Assembly (NCBI GenBank): GCA_049595035.1
Contig: JBMYKD010000002.1
Location: 109,667-173,666, forward strand
Direction of reading: 5' to 3'
DNA: 64,000 bases
From: Candidatus Puniceispirillales bacterium
GTDB lineage: Bacteria; Pseudomonadota; Alphaproteobacteria; Puniceispirillales; UBA1172
Below the pieces are notes generated by a model. It had not been told where the DNA came from and searched no databases. It saw only the letters and a program-made list of their open reading frames with translations. Both the position numbers and the translations under genes were made by a program. This document shows positions 1 to 10,702 of this stretch, one piece after another. The number at the start of each line of letters is the position of its first letter. Position 1 is the first letter of the stretch.

Positions 1-443
1 GAGCTGTCACTCCGGCACTGGAAAATGTTACGCTCTGGCATGAACGGGATATCTCCCATTCCTCGGTTGAACGGGTTCATGCCCCTGATGCGACGATAGC
101 ACTTGATTTTGCGTTGCATCGACTGGCCTCAGTTATCGAAAAATTGCTGATCTATCCGGATGCCATGCAAAAAAATCTGGATCAACTTGGCGGACTTGTT
201 CATTCACAGCAAGTTCTGCTCGCACTAACCCAGCACGGGATTAGTCGTGAAGATTCTTACGTTCTGGTTCAACGTAACGCCATGCGTGTCTGGCATGAAG
301 GAGGGCATTTGCTCGATTATCTGCTGTCTGATGAAACCGTGATGGCAAGCATATCAAAAGATGAACTCAGCGCATTGTTTGATCTGAAACATCATTTCAA
401 AAATATTGATTACATCTTTGATCGGGTTTTTGATTCAAAATAA
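1..443 (+). CDS. purB: adenylosuccinate lyase, C-terminal fragment (5' end lies outside the window)
   Basis: Frame 3 is open from nt 3 (AVTPALENVTLWHERDISHSSVER...) and runs into the listed 109-aa ORF. This is the conserved PurB C-terminal region, and purC-S-Q-L follow. Confidence 0.85.
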   Translation, partial: AVTPALENVTLWHERDISHSSVERVHAPDATIALDFALHRLASVIEKLLIYPDAMQKNLDQLGGLVHSQQVLLALTQHGISREDSYVLVQRNAMRVWHEGGHLLDYLLSDETVMASISKDELSALFDLKHHFKNIDYIFDRVFDSK

Positions 444-512
444 CGTTTAAAAAGACACAGCAATGATTGCTTAAATTCCGGTATGTTGATAATATAAATT
501 ACAATCATCAAG

Positions 513-1280
513 ATGATAAGTCTGAACATGGATCACCGTGAAAAACTGTATGAAGGAAAAGCGAAAGCGATTTTCGCAACCGATGCGCCTGATGAGCTGA
601 TTCAGTATTTCAAGGATGATGCCACGGCCTATAATGCCCAGAAACATGAAGTTATTTCCGGAAAGGGCAAACTTAATAATGCCATTTCCCATCATATTAT
701 GACCAAACTTGGTGCAGCCGGCATTCATCATCACCTGATCAAACAGATTAATGAACGCGAACAGCTCATCCGCAAATGTGATATTATTCCGGTTGAGGTG
801 GTTGTGCGGAATATAGCCGCCGGATCAATGGTCGGACGGCTGGCCGGAAAGCATATTCCTATTTCTCAGGGCACATGTTTGAAAACCCCGATTGTTGAAT
901 ACTATCTGAAGGAAGATGCCCTGAATGATCCTATTATTACAGCGGAACATATCACGGGGTTTGATCTGGCTAGTGAAGATGAATTAACATATATCCGCCT
1001 AACAGCACTTGCCATTAATCGTTTGCTGATGGAAATATTTTCCGACATTGGCATTATTCTGGTTGATTTCAAGCTGGAATTTGGCCGCCCTGCCAGCCCT
1101 ATAAAGGGTGAACCTGCCATTATTCTCGCAGATGAAATTAGTCCTGACAACTGCCGTCTATGGGATAAAGACACCGGCGCCATCAAGGATAAAGACCGTT
1201 TCCGGAAAGATTTAGGCGGATTGGTTGACGCCTATCAGGATATTGCAACCCGTTTCGGGCTAACTGTATCATTGCCATAA
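513..1280 (+). CDS. purC: phosphoribosylaminoimidazole-succinocarboxamide (SAICAR) synthase
   Basis: 255 aa with KLYEGKAKAIF near the N-terminus and ...ADEISPDNCRLWD..., as in PurC. The start could instead be the ATG at 528. Confidence 0.93.
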   Translation: MISLNMDHREKLYEGKAKAIFATDAPDELIQYFKDDATAYNAQKHEVISGKGKLNNAISHHIMTKLGAAGIHHHLIKQINEREQLIRKCDIIPVEVVVRNIAAGSMVGRLAGKHIPISQGTCLKTPIVEYYLKEDALNDPIITAEHITGFDLASEDELTYIRLTALAINRLLMEIFSDIGIILVDFKLEFGRPASPIKGEPAIILADEISPDNCRLWDKDTGAIKDKDRFRKDLGGLVDAYQDIATRFGLTVSLP

Positions 1281-1294
1281 CAGAGAGGATTATC

Positions 1295-1555
1295 ATGCTA
1301 AGGGTTACTATTACGATCAGCTTGAAAGAGGGCGTGCTTGACCCCGAAGGTCAGGCCATCGAACATTCACTTAGCAATCTTGGCTATCATGAGGCTAGCG
1401 ATATCCGCACTGGCAAGATCATTAGCTTTTCCATGGTGGAAAGTAATCACAATCGCGCAAAACAGAAAGTCGCGAAAATGTGTGAAACCCTGTTAGTTAA
1501 TACCGTTATTGAAAATTACGATATTGCTATCGAAGATCAGGTTGAGGACGAGTAA
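1295..1555 (+). CDS. purS: FGAM synthase subunit PurS
   Basis: 86-aa ORF between purC and purQ. LKEGVLDPEGQAIEHSLSNLGY is typical of PurS. Confidence 0.9.
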   Translation: MLRVTITISLKEGVLDPEGQAIEHSLSNLGYHEASDIRTGKIISFSMVESNHNRAKQKVAKMCETLLVNTVIENYDIAIEDQVEDE

Positions 1556-1560
1556 TAACA

Positions 1561-2247
1561 GTGGCAAATGTAGCGGTTATCAGTTTTCCCGGATCAAATT
1601 GTGACAGGGATATCATCACAGCGGTGCAACATATAACTGGCACCAAGCCAGCACAATACTGGCATAAGGAAACCAGCATGGAAAAACATGATCTGGTGAT
1701 CCTGCCCGGCGGCTTTTCTTTCGGTGACTATTTGCGGTGCGGGGCGATTGCTGCCCGTTCACCCATCATGGATGAAGTCATGGAACATGTCTGGCGCGGG
1801 GGGTATGTTCTTGGCATTTGTAATGGCTTTCAGATTCTGACCGAAGCAGGCATTCTTCCGGGTACCTTGATGCGGAACAAACAATTGCAATTTGTCTGCC
1901 GTGATGTAACGCTTTCCCTTCATCATACCGAAAGCAATAGTATTCTTGGTCATTGTGATGAAAAGCGGCAGTTAGTCATTCCCGTTGCCCATAATGAAGG
2001 CAATTATTTTGCTGATCCGGATACCATCAAAAAAATCACCGATAAAGGGCAGATTGTCCTCACCTATACCGATACAGGTGCTGCCAATTATAATCCTAAT
2101 GGTGCCATAGATGATATAGCCGGGATAACGTCTGACAATGGTCGGGTGCTTGGGATGATGCCGCATCCGGAACGCAAGGCGGAAGCTATCCATGGTGGTC
2201 TGGATGGCCATTATCTTTTGACGTCTATTATTGAGGCCGCATCATGA
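1561..2247 (+). CDS. purQ: FGAM synthase glutaminase subunit PurQ
   Basis: GTG start. Class-I amidotransferase with GICNGFQ (nucleophile Cys) and MMPHPER. The stop overlaps the purL ATG (ATGA). Confidence 0.93.
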   Translation: MANVAVISFPGSNCDRDIITAVQHITGTKPAQYWHKETSMEKHDLVILPGGFSFGDYLRCGAIAARSPIMDEVMEHVWRGGYVLGICNGFQILTEAGILPGTLMRNKQLQFVCRDVTLSLHHTESNSILGHCDEKRQLVIPVAHNEGNYFADPDTIKKITDKGQIVLTYTDTGAANYNPNGAIDDIAGITSDNGRVLGMMPHPERKAEAIHGGLDGHYLLTSIIEAAS

Positions 2248-4466
2248 GCATGGAAGCCGAACATACAACTGTTGATCAAGCCCGTGATATGGGGTTAAGC
2301 GCTGAAGAATTTGACCGTATCTGTCAACGACTGGGGCGCATTCCTAATCTCACCGAACTTGGCATTTTCTCTGCCATGTGGTCTGAACATTGTTCTTACA
2401 AATCATCTCGCCGCTGGCTGAAAACCTTACCAACAACAGGTGATCAGGTTATTCATGGCCCGGGGGAAAATGCCGGTGTGGTCGATATAGGTGATGGCAT
2501 GGCGGCCGTCTTTAAGATTGAAAGCCATAATCACCCTTCATTTATCGAACCCTATCAGGGAGCAGCGACCGGCGTTGGCGGTATTCTGCGCGATGTTTTT
2601 ACCATGGGGGCACGGCCTGTTGCCCTGCTTAATGCGTTACGCTTTGGCGCCCCTGACCATGAATTGACGCGGCATCTGGTGAGTGGCGTTGTTAGCGGTA
2701 TTGGCGGGTATGGTAATTGTATCGGCATTCCGACCATTGGTGGCGAAACCCATTTTGATGCTAGTTACAACCAGAATATTCTGGTCAATGCCATGGCCGT
2801 GGGGCTGGCTAAAGCGGATCGCATTTTTCTTTCTGCTGCTTCCGGCCTGGGCAATCCGGTTATTTATATCGGCGCAAAAACCGGTCGTGACGGAATACAT
2901 GGGGCAACCATGGCATCTGCCGAGTTTAGCGAAGAAGATATGTCCAAACGCCCAACGGTGCAGGTTGGTGACCCGCTAGCCGGAAAACTGCTGATGGAAG
3001 CAAGCCTTGAGCTTATGGCATCTGATTCGGTTGTTTCTATTCAGGATATGGGAGCAGCTGGTCTGACCTCATCTTCGGTAGAAATGTCCAGTAAGGGCGG
3101 CATGGGGATGGAAATTGATCTGGATCAGGTGCCTATCCGCGAAAAGGGCATGACCCCATATGAAATTATGCTTTCCGAATCACAGGAACGTATGCTGGTT
3201 GTGCTAAAACCTGATGCAACAGAAAGAGCTCAGGCCATTTTTGATAAATGGGACCTAGATTTTGCTGTTATTGGAAAGGTTACCGATACCGGTCATCTGG
3301 TGCTTACTTCACATGGCGAAGTCGTTGCTGATCTACCACTTGATCCGCTGGTAAATGATGCACCAGAATATGACCGCCCATTTGAAGATACCCCTACCCC
3401 AAAGATAGCACCACAAGAATCCCTTATTCAGGATATCGCATTAGGTACTGCTCTCAAACAGATGATGGGGAGTCATTTTCTGGCAAGTCGGCGCTGGGTT
3501 TATGAACAATATGATCGGCATGTCATGGCTGATACGGTTATTGAATGCGGTTCTGATGCAGGGCTGGTTCGGGTGCATGGTACTAATCGCGGGCTTGCGG
3601 TAACAACTGATTGCACGCAACGTTATGTGCTTGCTGATCCTTATCTGGGGGCGATGCAGGCTGTTGCCGAAGCCTATCGTAACATTACCGCAACAGGGGC
3701 CAGACCATTAGCAACTACCAATAACCTCAATTTTGGCAATCCGGAAAAACCGGCTATTATGGGTCAGATTGTGGGTTCGGTGAAAGGCATGGGCGCAGCT
3801 TGTACTGCTCTTGATGTTCCTGTCGTATCGGGGAATGTATCACTTTACAATGAAACCGATGGTCAGGCTATTTCTCCAGCACCTGTTATTGGTATGATTG
3901 GCGTCATTGATGATGTTACCAATGCCGTCAATATCGGCATCAGACAAGCTGGAGAAACGGTTTATATCATTGGACAGAATGCCGCCACTAATGATGGCTG
4001 GCTATCAAATAGCGTCTATGCCCATGTCATTGCCGGCAATGATCACCCTGATGCCCCGCCACCTGTTGATCTGGAAGCGGAAAAAACCCATGGTGACCTG
4101 ATCAGGCATCTGGTAGAAAAACATATGGTGTCTGCTGTTCATGATATTGGTGATGGTGGTGCATTGGTAGCCTTAACCGAAATGATGATGGCAGGCCAGA
4201 CAGGGGCAGATATCACCTTAACAACAGATCAGATGACCCATGGCTGGGCTTTTGGCGAAGATCAGGGGCGTTATCTGGTGGTAACCGCTGATCCGTCCGC
4301 CGTGGAAGATGCCGCATCAAAATATGGCGTTGATTTTCAAAAAATTGCTACGACTAATGATCGTCAAGAATTGAAAATTGGCTCTAGTGACATTATCTCA
4401 ATAGAAGAACTGAAATCAGTGTTTGAAAACTGGCTTCCTGCCTTAATGGAAACCAGACAAAAATAA
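2244..4466 (+). CDS. purL: FGAM synthase large subunit PurL
   Basis: 740 aa with ...[10 protein letters not shown]..., [18 protein letters not shown] and DxGAGGL motifs. Operon position fits. Confidence 0.95.
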   Translation: MSMEAEHTTVDQARDMGLSAEEFDRICQRLGRIPNLTELGIFSAMWSEHCSYKSSRRWLKTLPTTGDQVIHGPGENAGVVDIGDGMAAVFKIESHNHPSFIEPYQGAATGVGGILRDVFTMGARPVALLNALRFGAPDHELTRHLVSGVVSGIGGYGNCIGIPTIGGETHFDASYNQNILVNAMAVGLAKADRIFLSAASGLGNPVIYIGAKTGRDGIHGATMASAEFSEEDMSKRPTVQVGDPLAGKLLMEASLELMASDSVVSIQDMGAAGLTSSSVEMSSKGGMGMEIDLDQVPIREKGMTPYEIMLSESQERMLVVLKPDATERAQAIFDKWDLDFAVIGKVTDTGHLVLTSHGEVVADLPLDPLVNDAPEYDRPFEDTPTPKIAPQESLIQDIALGTALKQMMGSHFLASRRWVYEQYDRHVMADTVIECGSDAGLVRVHGTNRGLAVTTDCTQRYVLADPYLGAMQAVAEAYRNITATGARPLATTNNLNFGNPEKPAIMGQIVGSVKGMGAACTALDVPVVSGNVSLYNETDGQAISPAPVIGMIGVIDDVTNAVNIGIRQAGETVYIIGQNAATNDGWLSNSVYAHVIAGNDHPDAPPPVDLEAEKTHGDLIRHLVEKHMVSAVHDIGDGGALVALTEMMMAGQTGADITLTTDQMTHGWAFGEDQGRYLVVTADPSAVEDAASKYGVDFQKIATTNDRQELKIGSSDIISIEELKSVFENWLPALMETRQK

Positions 4467-4482
4467 CAGATGGGAACAGAAA

Positions 4483-4719
4483 ATGGCTATGCGTGCTGAT
4501 GAAATAGAAAAGCTGATCCTTGAAGCTTTACCAGGAAGCGAAGTCAAAATTGAAGACCTGGCCGGTGACGGGGATCATTATTCCTGTCATATAAAATCAA
4601 AAGCCTTTGCCGGTAAATCACGCGTGCAACAGCATAAAATTGTTTATGATGCCCTTGGCGGTCGGATGGGGAATGAACTCCATGCTCTCGCCATACAAAC
4701 GACCCCTATTGAGGAGTAA
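4483..4719 (+). CDS. BolA-family protein
   Basis: 78 aa with ...GDGDHYSCHIKSKAFAGKSRVQQHKIVYDAL..., a BolA signature. It is paired with a monothiol glutaredoxin, as in many alphaproteobacteria. Confidence 0.85.
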   Translation: MAMRADEIEKLILEALPGSEVKIEDLAGDGDHYSCHIKSKAFAGKSRVQQHKIVYDALGGRMGNELHALAIQTTPIEE

Positions 4720-4721
4720 TC

Positions 4722-5072
4722 ATGTTAGATGATCAAACAAAATCACGCATCGAAGGCGACATTTCCAGTCAGGATGTTGTTCTTTTTATGAAAGGCACCC
4801 CTGTATTTCCTCAATGTGGCTTCTCGGCCGCGGTTGTCGGTGTATTAACGCATCTGAATGTCCCCTTCAAAGGCGTCAATGTGCTGGAAGATGATGCTGT
4901 CCGTGAAGGCATCAAGCTTTTCACAGAATGGCCAACCATCCCGCAGCTTTATGTAAAAGGTGAGTTTGTTGGCGGTTGTGATATTATCCGTGAAATGTAT
5001 GAAACCGGTGAGTTGACAGAGATGTTCAACACACGCGGGATTCCGGTTACCCCGCAACCACTTAATAGCTAA
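4722..5072 (+). CDS. grxD: monothiol glutaredoxin (Grx4 family)
   Basis: CGFS active site (PQCGFS) and WPTIPQLYVKGEFVGGCDI. Confidence 0.92.
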   Translation: MLDDQTKSRIEGDISSQDVVLFMKGTPVFPQCGFSAAVVGVLTHLNVPFKGVNVLEDDAVREGIKLFTEWPTIPQLYVKGEFVGGCDIIREMYETGELTEMFNTRGIPVTPQPLNS

Positions 5073-5142
5073 TAACGATACTGGCACATATCCTGACTTC
5101 TGATATGATGACCTCATCATCATGATAAGGAAGGTAGGAAAT

Positions 5143-6039
5143 ATGCCTATTGCTGTATGGGGATTGCTTCTCCTGCTTTGCTTTGTCTGGAGCTTGTCTT
5201 TCCTGACAGCTGAGCTACTGCTAGAAACCACCCTTCCCTTTACTATCGTGTTTTATCGGGTGCTGATAGCCAGCCTGATTATGCTTGTCCTGATGTGGAT
5301 GATGGGAAAACGCATTCCTTATGCGCCGCGTGCGCTTTTTTTTCTTGTTCTGATGGGGCTGACAAATAATGCTCTGCCCTTTTCGGCGATTGTCTACGGA
5401 CAGCAATATATAACCGGCGGGCTGGCAACGATTATCAACACGAATACCGCCTTTCTGACCCTAATCTTTTCCAGTCTTATCCTTGCTGATGAACGCCTTA
5501 CGCCCATTCGGCTGATAGGGTTAGGGCTGGGCATTACTGGCGTTGTTATTGCTATTGGCCCTAGTGAGTTGCTACAATTTTCTATGGAAAATCTGGGTGA
5601 ACAATGTGTGCTGTTTGCAACCCTATGCTATGCTGTTTCCACGACCCTAGCGCGTAAGTTGATCAAGGGTATTGATCCTCTGGTATCTGTTACCATTATG
5701 CTCTGTTCCAGCACGCTCTGGATGAGTATGATTGTCTATTATATGGAAGGCATTCCAACCATCACGCCAAGTGGTATCAATTTGTTATCAATCATCATAC
5801 TAGCCGGGCTTTCCACCAGCCTTGCCTATATCTTGTATTTCACCTTGCTTCATCGGGCAGGCGCAGGTTCAACCGCCTTAGTGACGGTAATTATTCCGCC
5901 TTTTACCATGATTATGGATGCGGCCATACTAGGCGATAAAATAACCGGCCAACAGCTGGCCGGTTTTATCTTGGTTGCATCTGGTGTTTTGATGGTCGCC
6001 CGCGGCCTGCCAAAAGCTCCACCTAAACAGATAACTTAA
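5143..6039 (+). CDS. EamA/DMT-family permease
   Basis: About 10 hydrophobic segments with a two-EamA-repeat look. The ATG at 5143 follows AGGAAGGTAGGA. The ORF track starts at 5122. Confidence 0.75.
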   Translation: MPIAVWGLLLLLCFVWSLSFLTAELLLETTLPFTIVFYRVLIASLIMLVLMWMMGKRIPYAPRALFFLVLMGLTNNALPFSAIVYGQQYITGGLATIINTNTAFLTLIFSSLILADERLTPIRLIGLGLGITGVVIAIGPSELLQFSMENLGEQCVLFATLCYAVSTTLARKLIKGIDPLVSVTIMLCSSTLWMSMIVYYMEGIPTITPSGINLLSIIILAGLSTSLAYILYFTLLHRAGAGSTALVTVIIPPFTMIMDAAILGDKITGQQLAGFILVASGVLMVARGLPKAPPKQIT

Positions 6040-6665
6040 CGTGAATAATATTCGATGACCAGATTCGGTTCCATCTGAACCGGATAAGGCACATTTTCGA
6101 TCGCTGGAATATTGGTGAAACTTCCCTTAAAGGCGGCTTCATCAACAGATAGATATTCCGGAATATCGCGTTCAGCAGATACCATGGCATCCAGAAGGGA
6201 TGGGATATTACGCGCACGTTCACGCACTTCAACCACATCACCCGGCTTTAACATGCGTGATGAAATGTTACAGATCACGCCATTGACCATGACATGCTTG
6301 TGGTTAACCAGTTGGCGAGCGGCGAAAACTGTTGGTGCAAATTTCATGCGATAGACAACAGCATCAAGCCGGCTTTCCAGAATACCAATCAGGTTCTGGC
6401 CTGTATCACCACGGCGGCGCACGGCTTCAACATAATATTTCTTGAATTGCTTTTCACCAATATTACCATAATATCCCTTCAGCTTTTGTTTTGCCATAAG
6501 CTGGATACCATAATCAGTGGGCTTACTGCGCCGCTGACCATGCTGGCCGGGGCCATATTCGCGGTTATTTACTGGTGATTTAGGACGACCCCAGAGGTTA
6601 ACACCTAGACGACGGTCGATTTTATGCTTGGCATGATGCCTTTTGTGTTCGGACAAGGAAGCCAT
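6036..6665 (-). CDS. rpsD: 30S ribosomal protein S4
   Basis: ...[33 protein letters not shown]... The ATG at 6665 is preceded by GGAG at 8 nt. The track ORF adds 7 N-terminal codons. Confidence 0.93.
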   Translation of the reverse strand: MASLSEHKRHHAKHKIDRRLGVNLWGRPKSPVNNREYGPGQHGQRRSKPTDYGIQLMAKQKLKGYYGNIGEKQFKKYYVEAVRRRGDTGQNLIGILESRLDAVVYRMKFAPTVFAARQLVNHKHVMVNGVICNISSRMLKPGDVVEVRERARNIPSLLDAMVSAERDIPEYLSVDEAAFKGSFTNIPAIENVPYPVQMEPNLVIEYYSR

Positions 6666-6801
6666 ATCATATACTCCAATTTTCATTTTTGTCCCGGTAG
6701 GGTTTAAAAGCTTCGCTTTCTCACCGGGGCAATCTACCCATGCAGATTGTCCACGTTCCCGGGAAGGGTTGATGGTTTATTAGAAAAAATTACTGATCCT
6801 G

Positions 6802-7572
6802 TCAAGCCTGATCACTGTCATCATGTGTATCAGCAAGGTGGCCACTTCTTTCTACTGCTTTCATGATACCGTGTAGCGTCCGTATATCCTGTTCTGATAA
6901 AGGCGATTTATTAAACATGGCTTTGATATTACGCATCACGACGGGCCGCATATCGGGGCTGGTAAAAAACCCGCCTCTGGCCATTCTTTCTTCTAGCATG
7001 TCATAGAAAAACTCCCGCGAGCGTAATTCTGCCAGCTGATGATCACCCTGACCAGCTGATTGTTCATGCTGCATGTCACCATCCAGACTGGCCAGTGCAG
7101 TCATCCGGCATTCCCATCCCATCAGCAAAACTGCCTGCGCCAGATTAAGTGATGAAAAGCTGGGGTTTAGCGGCACTGTTACAATAATATTGGCAAGGGC
7201 GACTTCGTCATTATCCAGACCTGCTCTTTCGCCCCCGAATAATAATGCTGCTTTGCCGCCAGCCTGATGATGGGCAATAATGGCTGATGCTGCTTGCCGC
7301 GGGTTCATTTCCGTTTGTGCTATGCCGCGCCTACGCGCTGTTGTCGCCACCAAAAGGCTGATATCCCCTGCGGCATCAAGGGTTGATGGATAAACGGTTG
7401 CGGTATCAAGCAGATCACTGCCACCTGAAGCCATAGCCACTGCCGCCGGATTTGGCCAGCCATCACGCGGTGCTACCAGCCGCAAATCCCAACACCCGCA
7501 ATTTTTCATGGCGCGGGCAGATGAGCCGATATTTTCACCCATTTGCGGATGCGAAAGAATAACCGAAGGCAT
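6802..7572 (-). CDS. SpoU/TrmH-family RNA 2'-O-methyltransferase (TrmJ-like)
   Basis: ...ILSHPQMGENIGSSARAMKNCG... and the C-terminal knot motif VPLNPSFSSLNLAQAV. Start chosen at MPSVIL (7572), because the longer track ORF overlaps cimA by 52 nt. Confidence 0.72.
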   Translation of the reverse strand: MPSVILSHPQMGENIGSSARAMKNCGCWDLRLVAPRDGWPNPAAVAMASGGSDLLDTATVYPSTLDAAGDISLLVATTARRRGIAQTEMNPRQAASAIIAHHQAGGKAALLFGGERAGLDNDEVALANIIVTVPLNPSFSSLNLAQAVLLMGWECRMTALASLDGDMQHEQSAGQGDHQLAELRSREFFYDMLEERMARGGFFTSPDMRPVVMRNIKAMFNKSPLSEQDIRTLHGIMKAVERSGHLADTHDDSDQA

Positions 7573-7628
7573 CAGCCTGGTTAAATCAACATGATCCTGA
7601 TCTGCTGTGACATGCGTGCCTGCCAAGG

Positions 7629-9248
7629 TTACCCCCCTACCCCCGATGGCGGCGTCAGCCCCGAATGATAGAGTTTCCATGTCATGGCATCGGTCAGCGC
7701 AATAACCGAGGCATCAATGATATTTGTTGATACCCCAACCGACGTCCAGTTCAGACCGTCTTCATCACGGCACTGGATCAAAACGCGGGTAACTGCATCC
7801 GTTCCACCATCGCCTTCATCACCTGCCAGAATGCGAACCTTGTAATCAACAAGTGATACACCCGCAAGAGATGGATAGGCACGCACCAAGGCTTTACGAA
7901 TAGCGGTATCAACCGCATTAACCGGCCCATTGCCTACCGCTGCTTCATGATAGGATTGTCCGCTAACCATTACGCTTGCGGTGGCTTCGGATTCCACAAC
8001 AAGATCACCATTGGCATTGAAACGGCGTTCATCCATCACCCGAAAACGGCCAATGGAAAAATATTCGGGCACGGTCAACAACCGTCGCGCCACCATCAAT
8101 TCAAGGCTGGCTTCAGCTATATCATAGGCATAGCCGCGAAACTCAAGGTCTTTCACTTCGGCGATCAGGCTATCCAGACGCTTGTCTTTAGGGTCAATAT
8201 CCATTCCCAGTTCTTTGAACCGTGCGATAAAATTAGCCTTTCCAGATTGATCCGACACAACATACTGGCGGCTATTGCCAACCTTTTCCGGATCAATATG
8301 TTCATATGTGCGGGGGTCTTTCTGGGCAGCTGATGCGTGTAAGCCCCCTTTATGCGCGAACGCAGCATCCCCGACATAAGGCGCATGAGCATTTGACAGC
8401 CGGTTGATCCGGCTATCCAGCATCCGTGACAGTTTTTTCAACTTGACCAGATGATCTTGCGGAATGCCCGTTTCATAGCCCAGTTTCAGCATGAGATTGG
8501 GGATCAGCGTGATCATATTGGCATTACCACAACGCTCACCAATGCCGTTAATTGTCCCCTGAACCTGTCTTGCCCCTGCTTCAATGGCGGCCAATGTGTT
8601 AGCAATAGCAAGCCCGGCATCATTATGGGTATGGATACCAATCCGGACATCGGGAAAGTGATGGGCAACCGTTTTCACCGCATCATAAACGTCACTGGTC
8701 AATGTTCCGCCATTAGTATCACAAAGCACAATCCATTCCGCGCCACCATCACGCGCCGCCGCCACGACATCAAGGGCATATTTCTGGTTGGATTTATAGC
8801 CATCAAAAAAATGTTCACAATCAAACATTGGCTCTCTGCCTTTATCTTTCGCGGCAGTCAGAGAATCCGTAATCATTTGCAGATTTTCATCCAGTGTGAC
8901 GCCTAATGCCTTTTTCACATGAAAATCCCATGTTTTACCAACCAGACATGTGGCATCGGTTTCCGCGTTTATCACCGCCACCAGACCCGGATCATTAGCC
9001 GAGCTGCGGCCACCACGCCGTGTCATGCCAAAGGCCACGGATCTGGCATGTTTCATTGTGGGAAAGCGGGTAAAAAAGCTATCATCGGTGGGATTAGCAC
9101 CGGGCCAGCCGCCTTCAACATAATCGACCCCGATATCATCAAGCGCCTGGGCAATGGCTATTTTATCAGCAACAGAGAAATCAATTCCTCTTGTCTGGCC
9201 GCCATCTCTAAGCGTGGTATCAAAAAGCCAAATACGGTTATCGGCCAT
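7629..9248 (-). CDS. cimA: citramalate synthase-type LeuA/CimA family protein
   Basis: 539 aa with LFDTTLRDGGQTRGIDFS..., VEGGWPGANPTDDSFF and HTHND. This N-terminus resembles CimA-type enzymes rather than LeuA. Confidence 0.72.
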   Translation of the reverse strand: MADNRIWLFDTTLRDGGQTRGIDFSVADKIAIAQALDDIGVDYVEGGWPGANPTDDSFFTRFPTMKHARSVAFGMTRRGGRSSANDPGLVAVINAETDATCLVGKTWDFHVKKALGVTLDENLQMITDSLTAAKDKGREPMFDCEHFFDGYKSNQKYALDVVAAARDGGAEWIVLCDTNGGTLTSDVYDAVKTVAHHFPDVRIGIHTHNDAGLAIANTLAAIEAGARQVQGTINGIGERCGNANMITLIPNLMLKLGYETGIPQDHLVKLKKLSRMLDSRINRLSNAHAPYVGDAAFAHKGGLHASAAQKDPRTYEHIDPEKVGNSRQYVVSDQSGKANFIARFKELGMDIDPKDKRLDSLIAEVKDLEFRGYAYDIAEASLELMVARRLLTVPEYFSIGRFRVMDERRFNANGDLVVESEATASVMVSGQSYHEAAVGNGPVNAVDTAIRKALVRAYPSLAGVSLVDYKVRILAGDEGDGGTDAVTRVLIQCRDEDGLNWTSVGVSTNIIDASVIALTDAMTWKLYHSGLTPPSGVGG

Positions 9249-9322
9249 GTCTATATCCTCTAATCTTAATCTTTTATGACATTAGCACCTATGCCACGCA
9301 ATGAAAATTGCTTCTCACTATG

Positions 9323-10702
9323 CTAACTCCGGCGCCAGATGGTTCCTTCTGCTTTATCTTCAAGAGTGATGCCATCTGTGGCTAGTTGATCTCTTATTCT
9401 ATCAGCTTCGGTAAAATTACGTTCTTTTCTGGCCTGATTGCGCTGGTCGATTAATGCCTGAATGCTGGCATCATCCATACTGGCATCACTGGCATCCGCC
9501 CCCTGTTTTGAATGCTGAAACCATGCGGTAGCCGTATTCTCTAGCAAGCCAAGCATGGCTGCTGAACGTTTAAGGACAGGTTGTGCGTCTTTCTGCCCAC
9601 GATTAACCATACTAGCCAATTGATGAAGCCTTGATAAAGCAAGCGGTGTATTCAAATCATCTGCCAGAGCATCAAGAAATTTGTCATCCACGGGAGATGT
9701 CATATCAAGTGTAATATCCTCAACAGCACGATAAAGACCGTTCAGGGCAGCTTCACTTTCTTTCAGAGCATGAAGGGAAAAATCTAATGGCCCCCGATAC
9801 TGTGCTTGCAACAGACTATGCCGGATAATTTCACCCCGTGTTGTATCTAGCAAATCTGCCATAGTGACAAAATTACCCAGCGATTTGGACATTTTTTCAC
9901 CAGATACGGTGACATAGCCATTATGCATCCAGTAATGCGCCATATGGGAATGATCATGGGCAGCACAGGATTGGCAAATCTCATTCTCATGATGGGGAAA
10001 GATCAAATCCAGCCCACCACCATGAATATCAAACTCTTCACCCAGATAAGCACGGCTCATGGCTGAACATTCAATATGCCAGCCCGGACGTCCACGTCCC
10101 CATGGGCTATCCCAACCGGGGGTGTCTGGATCAGATGGTTTCCAGAGAACAAAATCCATTGCTGATTTCTTATATGGTGCTACTTCAACCCTCGCCCCTG
10201 CCCGCAATTCATCAGTGCTTCGGCCAGATAGTTTTCCGTAAGCGGGAAAGGATGGCACATCGAACAGAACATGACCTTCGGCAACATAAGCATGACCGCG
10301 GGCGATTAACGTTTCAATCATGGTAATCATATCATCAATATGATCCGTTGCCCGTGGTTCATGATCAGGTGGCAATGCGCCCAAAGCAGTGCAGTCAGCG
10401 TGAAACTGTGCGGTGGTTTCATCGGTTAGCGCGCGAATGGTAATCCCTCTTTCGGCGGCACGGGTATTAATTTTATCATCAACATCCGTGATATTGCGCA
10501 CATAGGTGACACGGGGATAATAATAACGCAACAACCTTGCGAGAACATCAAACACCACCACCGGCCGCGCATTTCCGATATGAATACGGTCATAAACGGT
10601 AGGCCCACAGACATAAAGCCGGATATGATCCGGATCAATAGGGCTAAAGATATCTTTCTGGCGGCTTAGGGTATTATAAAACCGCAATGCAGGTTTAGGC
10701 AT
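9323..10702 (-). CDS. cysS: cysteine--tRNA ligase
   Basis: HIGN and KMSKS motifs, length 459 aa. The ATG shares 1 nt with the gltX stop. Confidence 0.95.
   Translation of the reverse strand: MPKPALRFYNTLSRQKDIFSPIDPDHIRLYVCGPTVYDRIHIGNARPVVVFDVLARLLRYYYPRVTYVRNITDVDDKINTRAAERGITIRALTDETTAQFHADCTALGALPPDHEPRATDHIDDMITMIETLIARGHAYVAEGHVLFDVPSFPAYGKLSGRSTDELRAGARVEVAPYKKSAMDFVLWKPSDPDTPGWDSPWGRGRPGWHIECSAMSRAYLGEEFDIHGGGLDLIFPHHENEICQSCAAHDHSHMAHYWMHNGYVTVSGEKMSKSLGNFVTMADLLDTTRGEIIRHSLLQAQYRGPLDFSLHALKESEAALNGLYRAVEDITLDMTSPVDDKFLDALADDLNTPLALSRLHQLASMVNRGQKDAQPVLKRSAAMLGLLENTATAWFQHSKQGADASDASMDDASIQALIDQRNQARKERNFTEADRIRDQLATDGITLEDKAEGTIWRRS

Noticed and set aside
7573-7680. N-terminal extensions of several track ORFs: the TrmH-like ORF overlapping cimA by 52 nt, and gor, tctC, rpmI, rpsD, lepA and the GST at 18674.
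   Set aside because: For rpsD, gor, tctC and rpmI an internal ATG with a good Shine-Dalgarno sequence gives an N-terminus that matches the family. For the TrmH-like ORF, lepA and the GST the internal start was chosen on family N-terminus fit (and, for TrmH, to avoid the cimA overlap). The extensions are most likely artefacts of longest-ORF calling.
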